NCBI RefSeq assembly: GCF_006345805.1
Contig: NC_043011.1
Location: forward strand, 17,372,464 to 17,436,463
Length of the DNA: 64,000 nucleotides
Reading direction: 5' to 3'
Source of the DNA: Octopus sinensis
Lineage: Eukaryota
Both the position numbers and the translations under genes were made by a program. This document shows, one piece after another, positions 52,674 to 64,000 of the stretch. The notes beneath the pieces are model-generated. The model worked only from the letters and a program-made list of their open reading frames with translations, searched no databases and was not told the origin of the DNA. Every line of letters starts with the position of its first letter. The stretch's first letter is position 1.

Positions 52674-52847
52674 CGGTTTATTTCTTTATATTAAAAATTT
52701 TTATGTATTGATTAAGTCTTTCCTTGTTTGTTTTGCAAAATAGTGGTTTTGTCTCGAATTATATTATATAATATTTTACTATAAAATTGGATTTAATCCT
52801 AAATCTGATTTTTCCCTGTAAATTTGGATTTATTCCCTAATATTTAT

Positions 52848-52878
<31 letters not shown>

Positions 52879-52998
52879 ATGTGTGTGTGTGTGTGCGTGT
52901 GTGTGTGTTTGTGTGTTTGTGTATGTGTGTGTGTTTACATATATGTATAGAAATATTATTATTTCTAAATCTCTTTAAAAGAGATTACGCACTACTGG

Positions 52999-53342
52999 AT
53001 ATTAATAGTTATCGTCGAGCTAACATGGCAGTGCAGAAAAATAGGACGAATGCTGCCGTTGATTAGCTACAAGAGGCCATGGACTCTAGCTAGCTATGTG
53101 TCACACAAACCTATGTCCATTACGACCTTTAAACACGGATGGTGAACAGCTTCCCCATGCTGGTTCAAACATCCAAAGACTAGTCGGGAAGCTGATATCT
53201 TCTCTTGTTCGAAGGTTACAACGAACACAGGTTTGTTAGTCACATAACTAGCTAGAGGCGATGGCCTCTTGGAGCTAATCAACGGCAGCATTCGTCCTAT
53301 TTTTCTGGACTGCCATGTTAGCTTGGCGATAACTATTAATAT
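52999..53342. mobile_element. 344-bp MITE with 114-bp TIRs, copy 1
   Basis: 52999-53112 versus 53229-53342 are inverted at ~90% identity, with TA-rich termini. Confidence 0.85.
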
Positions 53343-53383
53343 ACACATGTATGTATATATATGTATATGTATATATATATGTA

Positions 53384-53421
<38 letters not shown>

Positions 53422-53448
53422 TACATATATATATATACATATACATAT

Positions 53449-53866
53449 AGGCGCAGGAGTGGCTATGTGGTAAGTAGCTTGCTAACCAACCACATGGTTC
53501 CAGGTTCAGTCCCACTGCGTGACATCTTGGGCAAGTGTCTTCTGCTATAGCCCTGGCCGACCAATGCCTTGTGAGTGGATTTGGTAGACGGAAACTGAAA
53601 GAAGCCTGTCGTATATATGTATATATATATGTATGTGTGTGTGTGTGCGTGTGTCTGTGCGTGTGTCTCCCTAGCATTGCTTGACAACCGATGCTGGTGT
53701 GTTTACGTCCCCGTCACTTAGCGGTTCGGCAAAAGGGACCGATAGAATAGGTACTGGGCTTACAAACAATAAGTCCCGGGGTCGATTTGCTCGACTAAAG
53801 GCGGTGCTCCAGCATGGCCGCAGTCAAATGACTGAAACAATTAAAAGAGTAAAAAGAGTAAAAGAG
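53449..53866 (+). mobile_element. OK-like tRNA-derived SINE, full length
   Basis: aggcgcaggagtggctatgtggtaag (A box)...ggttcagtcccac (B box)...cttgggcaagtgtctt...internal (TA)(TG)...(aaaagagt)n tail. Confidence 0.88.
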
Positions 53867-53937
53867 ATATATATACATGCATGTGTATATTAATACATAC
53901 ACACACACACACACACACCACACACACATATATATAT

Positions 53938-53992
<55 letters not shown>

Positions 53993-54077
53993 ATTCGAGA
54001 CAAAACCACTATTTTGCAAAACAAACAAGGAAAGACTTAATCAATACATAAAAATTTTTAATATAAGAAATAAACCG

Positions 54078-54120
54078 CCACTACAATCGTTTCATGTCTT
54101 CAATGACATTCGTCAGGTGG
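54078..54120 (-). ncRNA. Minimal hammerhead ribozyme (copy 2, mirror)
   Basis: Identical to 52536-52578. Confidence 0.75.
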
Positions 54121-54172
54121 ATTTTCGATCTCCTAATCTGTTTTAATTAAAACAGATTAGGAGATCGAAAAT

Positions 54173-54215
54173 CCACCTGACGAATGTCATTGAAGACATG
54201 AAACGATTGTAGTGG
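54173..54215 (+). ncRNA. Minimal hammerhead ribozyme (copy 2)
   Basis: Identical to 52631-52673; predicted cut after 54211. Confidence 0.8.
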
Positions 54216-54389
54216 CGGTTTATTTCTTTATATTAAAAATTTTTATGTATTGATTAAGTCTTTCCTTGTTTGTTTTGCAAAATAGTGGTTTTGTCTCGAA
54301 TTATATTATATAATATTTTACTATAAAATTGGATTTAATCCTAAATCTGATTTTTCCCTGTAAATTTGGATTTATTCCCTAATATTTAT

Positions 54390-54420
<31 letters not shown>

Positions 54421-54540
54421 ATGTGTGTGTGTGTGTGCGTGTGTGTGTGTTTGTGTGTTTGTGTATGTGTGTGTGTTTACATATATGTATAGAAATATTA
54501 TTATTTCTAAATCTCTTTAAAAGAGATTACGCACTACTGG

Positions 54541-54884
54541 ATATTAATAGTTATCGTCAAGCTAACATGGCAGTGCAGAAAAATAGGACGAATGCTGCCG
54601 TTGATTAGCTACAAGAGGCCATGGACTCTAGCTAGCTATGTGTCACACAAACCTATGTCCATTACGACCTTTAAACACGGATGGTGAACAGCTTCCCCAT
54701 GCTGGTTCAAACATCCAAAGACTAGTCGGGAAGCTGATATCTTCTCTTGTTCGAAGGTTACAACGAACACAGGTTTGTTAGTCACATAACTAGCTAGAGG
54801 CGATGGCCTCTTGGAGCTAATCAACGGCAGCATTCGTCCTATTTTTCTGGACTGCCATGTTAGTTTGGCGATAACTATTAATAT
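54541..54884. mobile_element. 344-bp MITE, copy 2
   Basis: Duplicate of 52999-53342 with about two substitutions. Confidence 0.85.
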
Positions 54885-54925
54885 ACACATGTATGTATAT
54901 ATATGTATATGTATATATATATGTA

Positions 54926-54983
<58 letters not shown>

Positions 54984-55008
54984 TACATATATATATACAT
55001 ATACATAT

Positions 55009-55426
55009 AGGCGCAGGAGTGGCTATGTGGTAAGTAGCTTGCTAACCAACCACATGGTTCCAGGTTCAGTCCCACTGCGTGACATCTTGGGCAAGTGTCT
55101 TCTGCTATAGCCCTGGCCGACCAATGCCTTGTGAGTGGATTTGGTAGACGGAAACTGAAAGAAGCCTGTCGTATATATGTATATATATATGTATGTGTGT
55201 GTGTGTGCGTGTGTCTGTGCGTGTGTCTCCCTAGCATTGCTTGACAACCGATGCTGGTGTGTTTACGTCCCCGTCACTTAGCGGTTCGGCAAAAGGGACC
55301 GATAGAATAGGTACTGGGCTTACAAACAATAAGTCCCGGGGTCGATTTGCTCGACTAAAGGCGGTGCTCCAGCATGGCCGCAGTCAAATGACTGAAACAA
55401 TTAAAAGAGTAAAAAGAGTAAAAGAG
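55009..55426 (+). mobile_element. OK-like SINE, duplicate of 53449-53866
   Basis: No difference from 53449-53866 seen. Confidence 0.88.
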
Positions 55427-55454
55427 ATATATATACATGCATGTGTATATTAAT

Positions 55455-55526
<72 letters not shown>

Positions 55527-56544
55527 CATATGTATATATCTATAAATGAGAGAAAAATAGAGGGAAGAATAGAGATAGTGTGAGAGCAAATAACTGGTGC
55601 TTGTTCAATCTCCCGTTCAAACTAATCATTTCTACGATTATAGCCAGTAATTTTTTTATTCATCAAACACAATACTCCAAATACATCTAAATAGCGCCAA
55701 ATATTTATTACTGATATTGCTAAAAATCAGTTACTTTTTCTAGAGAACAACACTTCCAACATTGCAAATTACAGAAAAGAAACGCATAAATTTACGCAGC
55801 TTCTGTCTCTTGTTCCTACATGGAACAGTTGGAATCAGTTCACTTTCGACTGGGATATATTGCACAGTGAAGGTAATACTTTATATGACAACCTTCACTC
55901 AGTCTATTGATTCACATCCAACTGCTTTGAGTGGATGCTCACTTACCTTGCTCGCCATCGAGAAAAACTCCATGTCCCTGTTCCTGGGAGGAAAGCACAC
56001 TTTAACGTTTGATATATGATGTCTTCTTGAGAGGACTACTTCGTTAGAAAACCAGTTTACGCTGAGCGCAGCATCTTCCATCGGTTTCCTCTGTTTTCCT
56101 TGGGTTAGATGATGGTTCTTTCATATGACAATAATTCCTTGGAGAATTATAGTCATACGAATCGATCCAAGTAATATATCAATTGAGCCCGATACTTATC
56201 TATCACTCTTTTTTGCCGAAACGTTGTTATGAAGACGTTAACAAAACTAACACCGGTTGTCAAGCGGTTCTGGTGAACAAACACAGGTACAAAGACACAC
56301 ACATGCGCACACACACACGCAAACACACACACGCGCACAAACACACACACACCTACACACCTACACACACACACACACCTATACACACACACACGATGGA
56401 TTTCTTTGTTTTCCGTCCCCCCACATTGGGATTATTCATAATATCGGACATGTTATTTGGTTTTGCATTACATATCTGGTTTTGAATGTTGCCAGTTAGT
56501 ATTTATGAATGACACTAAGTCTGTTTGTCTTTTTACATAACATA

Positions 56545-56710
56545 AGCATAGGAGTGACTGTGTGGTAAGTAGCTTATTTACATACAACATGGTTTCTGGG
56601 TTCAGTCCCACTGCGTGGCACCTTGGGCAAGTGTCTTCTACTATAGCCTCAGGCCGACCAAAGCCTTGTGAGTGGATTTGGTAGACGGAAACTGAAAGAA
56701 GCCTGTCGTA

Positions 56711-56782
<72 letters not shown>

Positions 56783-57005
56783 GTGTGTGTGTGTGTTTGT
56801 GTGTCTGTGTTTGTCCCCCCAGCATTGCTTGACAACCGATGCAGGTGTGTTTATGCCACATTAACTTAGTGGTTCGGCAAAAGAGGCCGCTAGAATAACT
56901 ACTAGGCTTACAAAGAATAAGTCCTGAGGTCGATTTGCTAGACTAAAGGCGGTGCTCCAGCATGGCCACAGTCAAATGACTGAAACAAGTAAAAGAGTAA
57001 AAGAG
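56545..57005 (+). mobile_element. OK-like SINE
   Basis: Same head, core and tail as 53449-53866. Confidence 0.85.
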
Positions 57006-58909
57006 AGTAAAGGGTAATACTACTAATTTCTTTCAACTAATATATATCGGAAAAGTGCAATCGAAAGACAAAAGTAAACAATCTCCACAGCTTTTGAACA
57101 ACAAATTTTCTCTACACCTCACGGACAGGATCGCAAAAGCATTGCCACAGAAACAAGACACCGATATATGCTGCATCACCTGCTCTGTTGCCAGAGTTCT
57201 TGTACAAATGCAACCTATTTGTCGTAACTAACAGAGAAGGGGGGGGGGGCAAGCCAGTGGCCAAATGCATCAAGTGATTAGTGTAAAAAGCGACTAATGT
57301 AAAAAGATATGTCTGTGAACGACTTATATTTCATTCTGCCCTTCGTTCCAACGTTTCAGGCTAAAGCTCTGTTGTCTAGATACACAAAGCACTATTTTAC
57401 ATGAGAATTCGATTTCAAAGTTTGGAACTTAACCATAAGAAAATATAATTTTTCCATTCTTACAACATATCAAAGACATTTTCTGGCTGGTTGCCGTTGG
57501 GTGATTTGAAGAGAGAGAGAACGAAAGAAAGAGAGAGAGAGAGGTGTATTAGTAGTTAAGCAATGTCAGTATAAACTACGGTTGCTCCATACATATTTTA
57601 GTACATCAATGAAACAACTATAAATTTGTCTTTTTTTATTAAATATAAGAAACTTTACTATCTGACATTTTGCTGCAAAATATTGCTGCAAGTTTTGAAA
57701 TATTTTATTTTATAAATGGATTTTTCCCTTAATATAAAATTTCCCAGAAGCAATTTATTCCATTCGCACCATATTGTTCCGTCTCCACACCTTATTGTTC
57801 CCAGATGAATCATCTATGTTTTTCCCCAAATAAAATTTTATTTCATACATTGTATTTATCCTTCTGAATGGTTCTCTGTCACCCGATTAGAAGAATGATA
57901 TTGGCACCTCTCAATTTATCATTGGTAGAAATTCTTATTGACCAAAGGAATGAAAAATAGCATGGATGTATTTTTTCTTCTCAAAAGAAGAAAAATGTAA
58001 TTATTTAAATTGATTAATATCATTTACTATCAAACGCACATAAAAATGTTCTAACCAGAAAACTTTATAAGGAAAAGCATTTTTTCCTTTCAAGATAATT
58101 ACGTTCTGTGTTCGAGCTTGCATAAGAAATTTATATCCTTTATTTATAATTTATTTATTTATTTTTTTAAAATTAATTCTAATTGGAATTGATAAAATAC
58201 CTAATTCTTCCTACACAGGCGAAACATTTCTCATGTTTCAAACTTTCAGCATGAATATAAACATACTGAGATTTTGTACATGACTGATGCACTTGTGGTT
58301 ACTATTAACAGTATTTGCATGAAGTGGAGACGCTCAGTCAATATCATCTAGAATTCAGATGATTACAATTTCTCATTCTGTCTGTAGGAATCCAATATGT
58401 AAGAAACGAGAAATGTGGTGGTGGTGGTGGTGGGGAAGGACGTCTAATACAAGGAATCTACATAACAAGAATGGATGTATATTTTCTACTTGCCACAATA
58501 ACGTCTTCGGTATTGTAATATGTATAAGGAGGGAAAAAGCGAATAAAACAAATAATATTAGAAGTAGAGTAGAATTATTAATATCTTTATGACTTTAACA
58601 GAAGGTCAGCAATAGATGTGAGTTATATGAAAATAAAGTAACTGTGACTATATTAGTAAATTTTACTGGATCATTCACGATAAAAAGTAAATTTATCTCT
58701 AACTGTATATAGACGTTTCTCAGACTGTAGATAGACGTTTCTGATCTTTGTAATATCACTTAGCCCAATCACCTACTGCAATAAGGGTTTCTAATGAAGG
58801 CACGGTGCAAGCAAATGTGAAAGGAGAAGTGTAATCGATACCGTCGACCCCACTATTTGAGGAGTACTTTACTTTATCGACACCGCTATTCTAAATGAGA
58901 AAAGTCAGT

Positions 58910-59185
58910 TTGGTAGACGGAAACTGAAAGAAGCCCGTCGTATATATGTATATGTATATATATATGTGTGTGTGTATATGTTTGTGTGTCAGTGTTTGTC
59001 CCCCCAACATCGCTTGACAACCGATGCTGGTGTGTTTACGTCACCGTAACTTAGCTGTTCGGCCAAAGAAACCGATAGAATAAGTACTAGGCTTACAAAG
59101 AATAAGTCCTGGGGTTGATTTGCTCGACTAAAGGTGGTGCTTCAGCATGGTCACAGTCAAATGACTGAAACAAGTAAAAGAGTGT
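58910..59185 (+). mobile_element. OK-like SINE, 5'-truncated
   Basis: Starts at tttggtagacggaaactgaaagaagcccg and runs to aaacaagtaaaagagt. Confidence 0.85.
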
Positions 59186-62009
59186 AACTAAAATGTTTCT
59201 AATTCTTTTTAACCATCCAAGTTAAGGCTTATGTAGGAACAGTGGAAACAATGATTTCAATTTCTTCTGAACAACGGATCTTCATGAGGACCAAACTGAA
59301 ACCAACAGTGTTTATCTGACACCTAATTATTATCTCATGTTCACAATATTAAACAAACTGGGAAATGGTATAAGTTTCACGATAGGACGATGTCATCTCT
59401 CCTTTCAGAAAAATATCCGATTTCCTACTAAGCATGTAACTTAAAATTTTTGTGAAATTAAACTCCTAATTTCCTAAAATTCCTTATTCTAAAATTGAGG
59501 CAAATCATGCAATTGGTGAAAATGGCATATAAAAAACAAAATACAAAATTAATTAACTAAATTTTCCAATTTGATTCGAGAAAGAGAACAAAAACCTACT
59601 GGTGAATGTTGGCAACTCTCAAAGTCTCAAATCTCATTTGTGGAGCGTAAGTTTGAAGTGTTCTCTGAAGTATTCATATACTTGGTTCTGATTTGAGGCT
59701 ACAATTCTCTGTAGATTGACTGGACACTTAAGGGAGTTACGACTAATGCGTGATTCTTTATACTTGTGTAACAAACACCCGTTCCACCCTTTGAATTCGT
59801 TCTGACTGTTTTAACTCTAATTATAAAGTATTTATTCTTTGAAAAAAAGTTAATGTGCTGATATAGTTTTTTTTTTATTGTATCTGATTCTAAGTTAAAA
59901 CCATTTTATAATTTTTTATCAGCTCTCTCTCTCTCTCAATCTCACATTCTTTATTTGTCATAATATTTCTAGCTTTAGTTATTTTAAATATATTTAAATC
60001 CTTTTCGTCCTGTTAGTTACATCAACGGACGTTTTAAATGTTATCTAATGAGAATTATAAATTTCCAATCTACAAATCACATCACTCAGCATGTTTACGA
60101 TTATTAAATATTATATTTAATGGGAATTATCATATCCCCTCTAAACAATTTCTATGTGAAGACTGACATATCAGCATTTCGCAAACTATGTTTCTCTTGC
60201 TTGTAACTTTTATTTAATTACATTTCATTAATTAAGTACTTTTTCGTCCTAATACACTTTTATGCTAATATGTGACCAGATGGCCAATTCCAATTAAATT
60301 ACCTAGATATGACCTTTCCAAATCAAAGTCTCGGTTCATCATTTTTATTGATCAAATTTCTTACGCTTTAAAGAAGGAAAATTAAGTATGAATAAGTTGA
60401 GAGAGTTTGCTGATTGAGAGATATTAGCATCTAATTCTTTGCATATTAGCTACTACAATGCATATATTAGCTATTGCTTTGTAATTATGCTTTGTACTAA
60501 TTTGTATATAAACTACTATTCAACCTATAAGTGTACGAAGGAAAGTATACTAAAAACTAAACAACGTGATACAACAGAAGTAAAGCAATATAAAATATTG
60601 GTGACTCACTTGTAATAGGGTAAGGGACTGTCAGTGTGTGGGGGCTCTCCATTCCTTGTCGCGTCTATCTTATGTAGAAATACCTTATTGATTTGTAAAT
60701 TTGTGCGCTTATAAATATATAAACTGTATCTATCATACAAATATTGTCTATTTGGCAGCTCGAATTTTTTAAAGAAAATAAATTTTCTTGGAAGATTTCA
60801 CCTGGAATACATTCTCTATTCTCATTTCATAATATATTTACTATGGAGACAACTGCTAAGGCCACAGGCAGCTAGGTGTGGATTGATATATATTAACCAG
60901 ATAATTTGCAGGAGGAGAAAGTTTAATAGTAACTTGCTGAGTCGTGTGATTTGTAGATTGGAATTTTATAACTCTCTTTACATAACTTTTAAAACGTACG
61001 TAGAAGAAATAGTCGTTCAGTTATATTTCCTGTAGCTCTTTCTATTAATAAGCAAGAGAAAGAACACGATGAAATGAAGGAAATACATGTTACAATTCAT
61101 TTATTTGAAATAAGCTGTAAATTCTATTTTTACAGTATACATAAATGGTTAAGGCATCTTTCCTGTTGAATTCTTCATTCTGGTGTGACGTGGGTTTCAG
61201 TATTCTGAAGAAATGAATCTGTTGAAGAAATGTTTAAATGAGCGCTGTATTTTCTCCTTATATATGAGAGCGAAGTACTTTCCGAGTTAGTTACACTCGT
61301 ATGCCAAAATAATAGCAATCATGTATGAAACGCATTAGCCTCTACATTGTAGCTTAATCTGCTAAAAGTAACGAACAAATTCCCTCAAATCAGGCCTTAT
61401 GAAGGGATTTTAAAATGTTTTGACATACACTGTAGTACCATATGTACAAAAAACAGATTGGTTACAACGGGAATACTTTTGGTGTTCTTCGTCAACCTGG
61501 CTACAGCAAAACTTTCTTAAAAGTAAAATCTAATACGTTTCGCCTTTTTCAGTCAAATAATAATTCAACGGATACATCTTTTACATATAATTCAAGTTTT
61601 TAGCTGAACTGGCTTGCTCCATATCATTTCTGCCCAATGTACTACTGTCAACTCTAGCTCTACTGTGTCTCCCATCTGTAGACTCATACTAAATAATTTC
61701 ACTCAAATTTTTGCTTCTCAGCATATCAGATCGATAGAATAATCATCCGGCTTTTATCTATCCAGGAATAGTTAACTTGCATATTTTGAAAATGAACGAC
61801 CAAGCCATCTCAGCTGCGAGTATTATAACTTTCTCCCGACTAAAATATACAGAAGTTTTATTTATTTCATCGTAAACTAGAAGCCATATATTATACGCTT
61901 CTAATAAACAGAGCGACATAGAAACATTCGCTTGGAATATAAGGTAACTACACCGGGACCAAGATTATCTGATCATTTTAAACTGGTAGAATTATAAACC
62001 GAAAACATA

Positions 62010-62400
62010 GAGGCGCAGAAGTGGCTGTGTGCTAAGAAGCCTGTTTCCCAACCACATGATTCCAGGTTCTGTCCCACTGAATGGCACCTTGGGCAAGTGT
62101 CTTCTACTATAGACTCGGACCGACTAAACCCTTGTGAGTGGATTTGGTAGACGGAAACTGAAAGAAGCCCGTTGCATATATGTGTGTGTGTATCATTGTG
62201 TATGTGTTTGTCCTCACCCCATCGCCACTTAACAACCGGTGCTGGTGTGTTTACATCCCCGTAACTTAGCGGTTCGGTAAAACCGACCGATAAAATAAGT
62301 ACTAGATTTAAGAAATAAGTCCTGGGGTCGATTTATTCGAAAAAGACCCTTCAAGGCGGTGCTCCATCATGACTGTAGTCAGATGACTGAAACAAGAAAA
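62010..62400 (+). mobile_element. OK-like SINE
   Basis: aggcgcagaagtggctgtgtgctaag...ggcaccttgggcaagtg...atgactgaaacaag. Confidence 0.85.
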
Positions 62401-64000
62401 AGTGTATCGGAAACTTTTCCCAGACTTTGGGCAAAAACTGAGACTGATATTATTTGGCATGTTTTCCTCATCGAGAGATCTGGTTTTAACCCTTACACGC
62501 GAATGAAAATTTGCTAAAAGAAAGAGGCCCTAGATTATATCTACCACCTATAAATTTGGATATTAATCTACTTATTTATGTAGGAAATACAATTTATAGA
62601 AAAAAAAAATGATTATCGTTCAAAATATAATTTTAGTTCTAAAAATAGTTTATGTCTAATATAATAAGGGAAGGACCTATAACTCTCGTGGTAAAGTATT
62701 GGTGTAACATCATTTCACATAAATCTGTTGGTTCCCTATTCCGTACTTTTACAGTTTAATACTCATTCAGTTATAGAATATGTACTTTCGAAAAACATCA
62801 GTATAAGTGATCCTCTCATCCGTCACTGGAAAAATGGCAGCGTATCCGTATAAAAAAAGGAAATATTAGTGAAGCCATATATTTTCTAAATTTTTAAAAG
62901 AAAACTTCCTTACAAAACTTTTTGAATAAAACCATTTAACCATATCACTATTTTGATTCATGAATATATTTATTGACTTTCTCAGTAATATATTTTCTCC
63001 TTTAGTGTTTGACTAGGAAAGAAATTACATTTGTTTCTGGTGTTCTCTAGCTTGTTGCTATTGTTTTACTCAAGATATTTCTCAAATCAGACAAAGGTTC
63101 TTCAGGACAAGATCTATATAGTTATTTATCCCCGTATATTATAAACCAAATCTCCTTCAATTTATGCCCCATTCTTTACAAAGTATAACTTTAAACTGCA
63201 TCCGGAAGCGTGGTCCTGGTTCGACAAATCCAAGGTTTTGAAGAATGTGGAGCCACCGCTTAGTCCCTATTGTTTCTAGGTGTACTCTTACCCTCTAATA
63301 GCCGCTGTCAGGCTCTCACTTATCAGTTAAATATCATGTAACCACCTGATAAATTGTAAGTCGAAGTTGTAGGATGCAATATGTTGGATATGAGGTATTT
63401 TATCAGAGGAACTCAATAAATAAATTTCGAATGCCACTAGATACTGAGCGGATGAACAGACAATAATCCGTCAACTGCCAGGATGAACCAGTTCACTTAG
63501 CGAACTACAGCTATTATCTGAAGTTATGTTGTGTACAGGAGAGTTATTTCAACTTGCGAAATTTGACACAAACCAAAGCCAAACATTCATGTCACATCGT
63601 TCTATTGGGATATCTGGCGCAAAAGGTTTTGGTCCGCATAGATCGCCCGACTACATGCTTTGAGCATTTAGTAATAGCTACTATGTGCTTGAAGTAAAAC
63701 AAAATAATGATAGAATGATCGCGTCCGGTATTTTTTATCATAAACCAGATTAGTGAAACTTACTCGGAGTTAAACAATACAGCAATAAAAACGGAAATTT
63801 TTTAGACGTTATTACAACTAATGAGTGAAATAGAAATCTTTGTTGTAAATGATATTACAGGTATTAAGCGGTAATTTAACATAGAAAAGAGCTACAATTT
63901 CACTATTGAATATGTTTGTATTTTTATAGAATAGCTACATGAATATTATGTATGCTCACTCATTCGATATATGCACGCGCGCGCGCACACACACACATGC

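Larger units (their letters stand above)
52439..52770. repeat. Spacer-less 332-bp palindrome, copy 1
   Basis: Centre ctgttttaa|ttaaaacag between 52604 and 52605. Arms are exact reverse complements as far as read. TA-rich tracts lie outside. Confidence 0.97.
53982..54312. repeat. Palindrome copy 2 (one A shorter in the left arm)
   Basis: Centre 54146/54147; offset 1542 from copy 1. Confidence 0.95.
52400..55530 (+). repeat. Tandem duplication, ~1.55-kb unit x2, with breakpoints in (TA)n tracts
   Basis: The palindrome + (TG)n + MITE + SINE block is repeated with offset 1542-1560. Confidence 0.95.

Noticed and set aside
57237-57249. Poly-G run as a G-quadruplex or regulatory site
   Set aside because: An isolated homopolymer with no supporting context.

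Overview
This is AT-rich, microsatellite-dense eukaryotic DNA. The SINE repertoire points to an octopus (coleoid cephalopod) genome, which is an inference. There is no intact protein-coding gene, and almost all listed ORFs are microsatellite or antisense artefacts. Recognisable content: (i) a decayed, intron-containing monocarboxylate-transporter (SLC16/MCT-like) gene on the minus strand (clear exons 16132-15886 and 12169-11895), with a mariner fossil just upstream; (ii) many retroelements: an open-frame RTE LINE fragment at the left edge, an internally deleted Gypsy, several R4/Dong-type RLE LINEs in (AAT)n tracts including a near-full-length copy at ~35.0-39.0 kb, four tRNA-derived SINE families (several with TSDs) and short RTE-derived non-autonomous elements; (iii) several fold-back structures. 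The most notable is a spacer-less 332-bp palindrome (52439-52770), repeated at 53982-54312 inside a ~1.55-kb tandem duplication. Each arm carries a minimal type-I hammerhead ribozyme with a self-complementary stem III, the form known from Penelope-like retroelements. All analysis was by eye; folds, alignments and family names need computational confirmation.
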